Assembly: GCA_964016885.1 (NCBI GenBank)
Contig: OZ024743.1
Span: 28,582,001 to 28,646,000, forward strand
Direction: 5' to 3'
DNA from: Eledone cirrhosa
Taxonomy: Eukaryota
Length of the DNA: 64,000 bases
The notes beneath the pieces are model-generated. The model did no database searches and was not told the origin of the DNA. It worked only from the letters and a program-made list of their open reading frames with translations. The position numbers were made by a program, and so were the translations under genes. Shown one piece after another: positions 56,654 to 64,000 of the stretch (positions are counted from its first letter, which is position 1; every line of letters begins with the position of its first letter).

Positions 56654-56660
<7 letters not shown>
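55868..56660 (+). mobile_element. ~635-bp non-coding unit with partial tandem repeat in (TA)n (minus-strand copies 11942-12617 and 11422-11738)
   Basis: 55868-56022 repeated at 56506-56660; near-identical reverse-complement copy 44 kb upstream; ends merge into (AT)n. Confidence 0.8.
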
Positions 56661-56694
<34 letters not shown>

Positions 56695-57911
56695 CAATGT
56701 GCCGAGGTGAATTTGGTACATTGGATAAATATATATCCATATATACATATACATGGTTGTGGGTGGTCAGTTTTTACATTTTTCTGCTGCTGTAACTTAC
56801 TACTTCTGTAAACAGCTATCGATACAGAACATAAAAAAGAAAATATTTGGTTCGGTGTGATCGACTAAATCTTTTCAAGGCCGTGCTCACTTATATTGCT
56901 TATTTGCACATTTTTTTTATGTTACAAAAAACATAATTGAAATTTAACACCACACTATAGAGATTTAGACCCTGAGACTAGAGTAATCAAAGGTAATATA
57001 AAAAAAAGCAGACATCAAATTTGGCAATTTCTTTTATTTGCCAAGGTCAGGCATATGAGCTCATAATTAAAATGTGCACGAAATTGGCAAAACATTCATT
57101 ACAATATTTAATAATAATTGCTGAATTAGAGTTTTACCATCAAAAAATATTTATTATCAGTTTTGAAAAATGGTTTTGAACATCACGTGACGTTATCGAA
57201 TGAGTGGCCGTTGGCTAATGAAATTGATTCTCTACAGACCTCTAACTATGAACGAAATATCGACCCTTTCGTGGGGCTGTTATTTTCTTTTGTCTAATAA
57301 AAACCAATTACAGATTCTCAGAACCAAAGTTGCATGAAATTGATGACTAAAAAAAATATTTGAAGTTTTTCGCTCTCCCTCACTTTCCTTCTAACCCCTC
57401 CCCTCTCACCATTCTGTATTTCTCACTCCCACTCGCTCTCTCTCGATCTCTCTTGGGTTTTATAGGAAAACCTACCAACGCAAAATTATCGCTCACGCAA
57501 TGCTTGAATTTATTTTTTTATTTTATTTTACATTACCTGCCTCCCTACTTTTCTCTTTCTTATTTCCAAATAATTTACATTGAAGTTGATTTGAAATATT
57601 TAAATGTAGCACGCAATACTTTGCATCACTGAGAAAGAAAATGGGAATATATTTCGCTAGCAGTGAGATAGCTGGTGAGATAGATAACAAAATGTTAAGA
57701 CAGTATTTCAGTACTGTTTGTGGTAGACAATAAAATGTTTGTTTACTCATCTGTATGATTTTATTATCCCTCAAGTATATTGTTTACCATCAGGTTAAAC
57801 TGCAACATTGATTAATAAATACCAGTAATATTACTACTATTCGTTTGACTTCAGTCATTAGTCTCTACTTTTTCGTTGTACTATTATAAAAGTTCATTAT
57901 TTATTTTGTTA

Positions 57912-58100
57912 TTGGTGGAATGGCAGTATCGGTAAAGGGTCGGACGCCATGCTTTCCAGCATAGTTACGTCCCTTTACGATCTGAGTTCAAATCCCGCCG
58001 AGGTTGACTTTGCCTTTCATCCTTACGGGGTCGATAAAATAAAGTACCAGTAATGCACTGGGTAATTGCTGGCCTTGTGCCTAAAGTAGAAACAATTATT
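57912..58100 (+). mobile_element. Full-length SINE copy ending ~60 bp upstream of the FxRIamide splice acceptor
   Basis: Complete unit bracketed by attatttattttgttat on both sides (57896-57912 and 58095-58111), a probable target-site duplication. Confidence 0.85.
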
Positions 58101-58174
58101 TATTTTGTTATATTCTTATATTCTCATTAATCTATTTTCTTTTCTTTTTCTTCCACAGAATCTTATTAAAGAAA

Positions 58175-58951
58175 ATGGCCGGTCTTTGGAAAATCGTTCT
58201 TTTAGCAACAATCACCTTGATGTGCTTAACATCACATTGGATTATTTATGTTCAAGCTGAAGAAGCTCCTAGCAGTGATGACCTGGTGAACAGCGCGCCT
58301 GAAACTGATACTGGAATGGAGGGTGAAGATGTGAAACGAACAAGCACGTTTCTTCGAATAGGCAAAGCAAACGGAATCTTACGTTTAGCTCGAAGTCCTA
58401 GCTCCTTCCTGAGAATCGGTCGTCTCCCTCAAAGTCACTTTGTTAGAATCGCTAAAGCTCCCTCAAGCATGTTTTTAAGAATTGGAAAAAGAGTAGATGA
58501 TAGCGAAGCTGAAGATCTAAGTGAATATGATGCTGATAACAAAATGGCTGGGCGTGATACTCGAGCCAGTCCATCGTCATTTCTTAGAATTGGAAAGTCA
58601 GGAGATGAATTAGATGAAGAAGCTGATGACGCCGATGAAACTGTTAAACGTGTTAATGCATTCCTACGCATAGGTAAACAAGGTCCATCTTCGTTCCTGA
58701 GAATCGGTAGAAATACGAATAACGATGCCCTGTCTAATGACAAGCGGACCAACGCTTTCCTCAGAATTGGAAAAATTCCCGCCTCATCCTTTATTCGTTT
58801 AGGCCGTGGACCATTCGCAGAAGATAGTGGCATCAATACTCGTGGATTCCGTAGTCCGACACAAGGATTTTTAAGGATTGGTAAACGCGAGGCTATCCCT
58901 AATGGAAGTCATGGCAATTATTTCAGCGATTTAAACGTCAAATCTCAATGA
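58175..58951 (+). CDS. FxRIamide (FLRIamide / S-Iamide family) neuropeptide precursor, 258 aa
   Basis: Hydrophobic signal peptide (MAGLWKIVLLATITLMCLTSHWIIYVQA), acidic spacers, nine xxF(L/I)R(I/L)-G-(K/R/KR) repeats such as TSTFLRIG, SPSSFLRIG, APSSMFLRIG, VNAFLRIG, TNAFLRIG, with basic cleavage sites. Polypyrimidine tract and cag acceptor end at 58158, 16 nt before the ATG. Confidence 0.95.
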   Translation: MAGLWKIVLLATITLMCLTSHWIIYVQAEEAPSSDDLVNSAPETDTGMEGEDVKRTSTFLRIGKANGILRLARSPSSFLRIGRLPQSHFVRIAKAPSSMFLRIGKRVDDSEAEDLSEYDADNKMAGRDTRASPSSFLRIGKSGDELDEEADDADETVKRVNAFLRIGKQGPSSFLRIGRNTNNDALSNDKRTNAFLRIGKIPASSFIRLGRGPFAEDSGINTRGFRSPTQGFLRIGKREAIPNGSHGNYFSDLNVKSQ

Positions 58952-59193
58952 GTTTACAATTACTTACATATGAAACCGGTTATGGGAACAAATTAGGATG
59001 AAAATAAAACATTACCATTCGGAAATGATTCTGAAACGAATAAGGACTATCAATGACGAAAAGAAAGAAGATAAGAAATAACACAATACTTTAAGAATTC
59101 CACAAATATACAGAAATATTTCTTCTGAGACCGCTTTAAATACAGGACACAGAAAATATTTTTGTTCTATATATAAATTAGGAAAATATTTAT

Positions 59194-59237
<44 letters not shown>

Positions 59238-60586
59238 CGTGTATCAATGTGTGTGCGTGTGTCAGTTTCAGTGGGTGTATGTATAAAACAGTGTGTATCT
59301 GTATACGAAAGAGCATGGATATGTGGCAAAATGATGTATATGCAGAATTCCGTGTGTCTATTAGTAAGTAAAGGACATTATTGTGTGAAGTTCGGATGTA
59401 TATCATATCAATTAAGGACACTATTTTCTCTTGAATTCAACTCCTACCCACAAAACTCACAACATATCTTACTATGCTAACACATGCTTAAATGCATACA
59501 CATATATATATTTATATACATATATACACAAGCATATACACAAGCACGTATATGGTTATTCCAGTATATGCACAGACATGTGTAGGCAATATTTAGATTT
59601 GTTTAGTGTGAATGCAAAAGATACCAATAACCTGTATGAGTGAGTGTGTACACGTGTATTTATTAATGCGTGTGCTAATGTTAGTATGTTATGCATGTGT
59701 TAGTGTGTATGCTTGTTTCTCTGTGAGTCTATATCTAAATGTTTCTTTGCGTGTGTGTCTGAAGTAGCTGTAACAGTGTTTACAAGATGAAAGAGAAAAT
59801 TAAATCTAATTTACATTAGATTATTTAGCAGGAGAAAACGGAAATATAAAAAGAAAATTGTGAGAGTGAGAAATATTTCCTATTCTAGATTGTCCGAACT
59901 TCATATTAATGTGTCCAACCTTAACTATACACCCCAAATTCTAATGAGAAATATCCGGATGATATATCTCCCTGTCGGAGAAAAGGACAGTTGCCGGTAT
60001 TTTATTATAAATATCTCATATGATATAACATTTTTTTTCTTCATAAAAATACACCCATTCCCCGACCAAAACATGACAAAAAAATCTTCAGATATCTAAT
60101 CTGAAATGATGTTAATATTTGTGTTTGAAAACATATAAATGATAATAAATATTGATCATGATATAAAACAATTATGTCTTCGAAGTTATTGCATTCTAGA
60201 AAGTGTTCTTTTCTTTTCTCAATAAAATATGAAAGACGTTAGAAATATTTGAGTTCTATTGGTCAGGATATAAGGTTTTACATTTATTATGTTTGATGCA
60301 TATGACCATAACAGACCTGGTCATATTTAAACTTAATAGATGGAATAAAGAATGGGAGTATCATGTCAATTGGCACAAGCGATTACCGACCGATCTCTAA
60401 GATGATAGAGATATATATTATAACTATACAATCTTTTTGTCCATTTGTCACATGAACAATACTTTCTAAAATGTTTGTTTATAGTACAAAAATGGAGGAG
60501 AAAAATGTTCTAAATGTCCCATAATGTATATATTCATACCAGAAGTCTACTTTGTCTACCTCCCAGTATCCCTATCTATGTAACTA

Positions 60587-60667
<81 letters not shown>

Positions 60668-60929
60668 ATATATATATATAATATATATTATTCTATATAT
60701 ATATTATTATTATTATACTTGTGGAGGGTCATATTGTTGTAATAATATTGCCAGAAATAATAACACAGAGGTTAAACGAAAGTAAGAATGGAAAGAAAAC
60801 GGGAGAAAATTTAGTCAAACTGAAAACAGGTTCGTATTTGGTCAGCCATGTAATCCAAAGGTATATATTTGTACAATTTGGTGAAGAATATTATTTATTC
60901 TGACAGTATAATAATATAATAATGGAATA

Positions 60930-63900
60930 TATTATTATTATTATTATTATTGTTATTACTCCTTGAGTCTCAGTCATTGATGTTAGTTAACTGGAAAGTT
61001 TGTTGGAATGAATATCAAGCCACTACCTGCAGCCTCAGATATTCAGGACGTATCGGAGGGTTCTTGCTGTTCCCAGCAAGCATGCCTTTTGAAGCGTTCC
61101 AAAAAGCGTGAAGGGGCCGATTTTCTTTAACCATCCCTGGAAACTTTTGGAGATAGTCCCTAGTGCGCCTATGACAATCGGGATCACTTTGACTTCATGG
61201 CAGTTCCAAATCCTTTTTACCTCCCACTTTAAGTCCTGGTATCAGTTAATTTTCTCCCTCTCCTTCTCTTGCACTCTCGTGTCGAATGGGCAGGCCACAT
61301 CCACAATCAGGCACGATCTTTTTTCTTTGTCCACAACCACCAGGTCAGGTCTATTGTGTTCCAGTTTCTTGTCCGTCTGTATCCTAAAATCCCACAGCAC
61401 CTTCACCTGATCGTTCTCTATCACCGCCTCTGGCTTATGCTCATACCATTTCTCAGAATGTGGTAAATTGTTTACTTTGCACAGGTGCCAGTGGATCACC
61501 CTGCCCATCACATCATGTCTCCAGCCCTTATAGTGGGTCTGGGCTAGGTGTTTACACTCGGATACAATGTGAGCCACAGTCACCTCTCTCTCTCCACAGA
61601 TCCTGCACAGTGGGCTAGCCTCCTCTTTGTAAATATGGTGTTTCAACCACTTCGTTTTGAGGGCCTGCTCCTGCGCAGCCATTAACATTCCTTCTGTAGC
61701 CTTTTTAAGGTCTTCTTTTTTCAACCAGTTCCATGTCTGTGGATCTCTAAATTCAGTTTTCTCAAAGAAGGGAATATGAAGGGATTTTTCCTGAAGACTG
61801 CTCTTTCTCCTTGATGTTATTTCCTCCTTGGACATCCCCTGGCCTATTGTCCCCTCCTTCAGTACAGTTCTGAGCATTGGCTCCTTACTATCAGTCACGT
61901 ATTTGTGTAGGTTGTTTTTCTCCATCTGAACACAGTCCTCTATGCTGATAAGACCTCTTCCACCCTCAGATCTCCTTAAGTAGTGTCTATCGACATCACT
62001 ACTCTTGTGGAACATGTTGTAGATAGTCAATAGCTTCCTAGTCTTCCTATCCATTTCTTTTTGTTCAGCAACATTCCATCTCAGAATTCCCGCACTGTAC
62101 CTAATAATAGACACAGCTCGGGAATTTACTGCGCTTATGGCATTTCTGCTGTTCAGATGTGACTTCAATACGCTCCTTACTCTCCGAATGTATTCAGTTC
62201 TTAACAATTCCTTCATTTTTTTGTTCTTTATGCCATCAGCCTCCAGAACGCCCAAATACTTGTATCCTTCCTCAGAGTCAATTTCCTTTATCATCTTACC
62301 TGTTGGTATCTGGATTCCGTTACTTCTGCTCAACCTACCCCTCCTCATCACAATGACTCCACACTTACTAATACCAAACTGCATACATATATCACTGCTG
62401 AAAATACGGACGGTGTCAACAAGCACATCCAACTCCTTCTCACTCTTCTCGAAGAGCTTAAGATCGTCCATGAAGAGGAGGTGATTGATGGTAAGCCCTC
62501 CCTTTCCCAACCTGTATCCTGCTCTCACTTTTCGCAGTATACTGGTCAGGGGCATCTGGGGAAGGACAAACAACAGAGGGGACAGGCTATCTCCCTGGAA
62601 GATACCTCTCTTGATCTTCACGCTTCCCAAGGATTCTCCAGTTGATGTCAACTCTGTTTCCCAGGACCTCATACTTTTGCCCAACAACTGTCTGATGTTA
62701 TCTGCCACCTTGAAGATCTCCAGGCTTTTGGTGATCCAAGAATGAGGCACCATGTCAAATGCCTTTCTGTAGTCTATCCATCCCATGGCAAGATCAGTGT
62801 GTCTCCTCTTGCAATTCCCCATTACCATCTTATCAATAAGTAACTGGTCCTTTGTACCACGTGACTTCTTTCGGCATCCTTTCTGTTCGTCCGGTAACAA
62901 GTTGTTTGTGTGGAGGTGATGGTAGATTTCCTCAGACACAATGCTCGTCAGCAGTTTCCATATTACGGACAGACATGTGATAGGTCTATAGTTGGTAATA
63001 TCATTACCCTTGATTCGGTCTTTCATTATCAGAACTGTGGTACCTTTTTTCAACCACTCTGGTACCTCACCTGACATCAAGCAGTCATTGAACATGGTTG
63101 TCAGTTTCGGGTGGAGGGATGTTAAATTTTTAATCCAATACCCCTGCACACCATCTGGGCCTGGTGATTTCCAGTTGGTTAGTCTTTTGGCCTGCCCCTT
63201 AAGAGTTTCAACTGTGATACTCAAATCAGTTTGTTGGTGTGCCTGTTCACTAATCTCCCTCTGTACTGTCTCAATCCACCCTGCCTGGTCATTATGTCTA
63301 ACATTCTGCTCCCATATTCCTCTCCAGAATGTTTTAGTTTGTTCCGCCTCAGGGATCAAGTCGTTGCCTCTTTCTTTCCCCTCAAGCTGTCCAAACAGCA
63401 TCTTCTGGTTGTTGTCGAACATGCGGTTCTGTTTATACTGACTGACTGACTCTGTTCTCGTATCGCCTGATTTTTGCACTCTTTGCTACAATGCGTTGCT
63501 TCAATATTTAGCTTTTTCCTCCTAGTTTTGTACTTTATTTCCAGTCTATTTTTAGTGTCTATGTTTTTTAGTGTCCCATTCAGTAGGGACTCAAGCTTTC
63601 CAATGTCATTTCTCATTTCCCTGATTTGACCACTCAGTCGTTTCTTCCACCAAGGCTCTGCTCTTTCTTGTCTGTTGTTTCCTCTCGCTTTTATACCAAG
63701 TAGTTTCCTCACCGTATTTGCTGTTGCGTTGAGGATATTGTTGCACTGGTGAAGGCTCCTCACCTCAAGGTATGGGATGACTTTGTTTACCTTAGCTGTT
63801 GTTTCTTTTAACTTTTTCCTCTCTACAAATCTTAGGTTCATAGGTCTCCCACTATCATTGTTCAATTCATCTACCACTAAATTTAGGATATCAACCAAAT

Positions 63901-64000
63901 CTTGTCCTCGCCCGTCAGCATTCATCTCCTCAGTGGCCGTATCTCTGTTCCAGGTATTATTTATCTCAGTATTCAGATCATTGTCTGCTTCGGGTGGTTC
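60930..64000 (-). mobile_element. R4/Dong-clade non-LTR retrotransposon (RT + CCHC + restriction-like endonuclease), running off the window edge
   Basis: WKSPGPDG, YRPITCL, QKGC, WIDYRKAFDMVPH, FQGDSLSP, FMDDLKL, CRIC...HIVSEC, RHD, RPDLVV...VDVACP; frameshift near 63470; premature TGA at 61242 with frame continuing (YQDLK...PIVIGALG...LQKACLLGT) to 61035; (TAA)n at the 3' end. Confidence 0.92.

Noticed and set aside
58435-58836. 133-aa ORF antisense to the neuropeptide gene
   Set aside because: Shadow of the repetitive sense CDS, with no independent features.
61242-61244. In-frame TGA in the R4-type element as possible selenocysteine
   Set aside because: Falls at a K/R position of the EK..KY motif, consistent with CGA/AGA to TGA decay; the copy also has a frameshift.

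Overview
Eukaryotic, AT-rich and microsatellite-dense window, most consistent with an octopus (coleoid cephalopod) genome; this is inferred from the SINE repertoire, the (TA)n load and the neuropeptide. The only clear host gene is an FxRIamide (FLRIamide) neuropeptide precursor at 58175-58951 (+), with its whole CDS in one exon behind a strong splice acceptor. A TATA/Inr/donor cassette at 4573-4632 may be its non-coding first exon. The rest is mobile DNA: a near full-length Tx1/L1-type LINE, two Penelope-like elements (RT + C-terminal GIY-YIG, one with an uninterrupted 796-aa ORF and tandem/inverted pseudo-LTRs), an R4/Dong-type LINE, CRE, RTE and CR1-group fragments, a Tigger/pogo transposase relic, MITEs and tandem tRNA-SINE arrays. 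The most striking hidden signal is about 16 type I hammerhead ribozyme motifs from at least six sequence families, read by eye. Nearly all lie in short inserts inside (TA)n tracts, often as fold-back palindromes carrying two opposed ribozymes. They include core variants (U3-A8 covariation, U4C), a 427-bp tandem retrozyme-like unit, and cleavage sites that overlap a GTAAGC splice donor. No ribozyme activity or database match was tested. The YIYI/VCVC ORFs are microsatellite artefacts.
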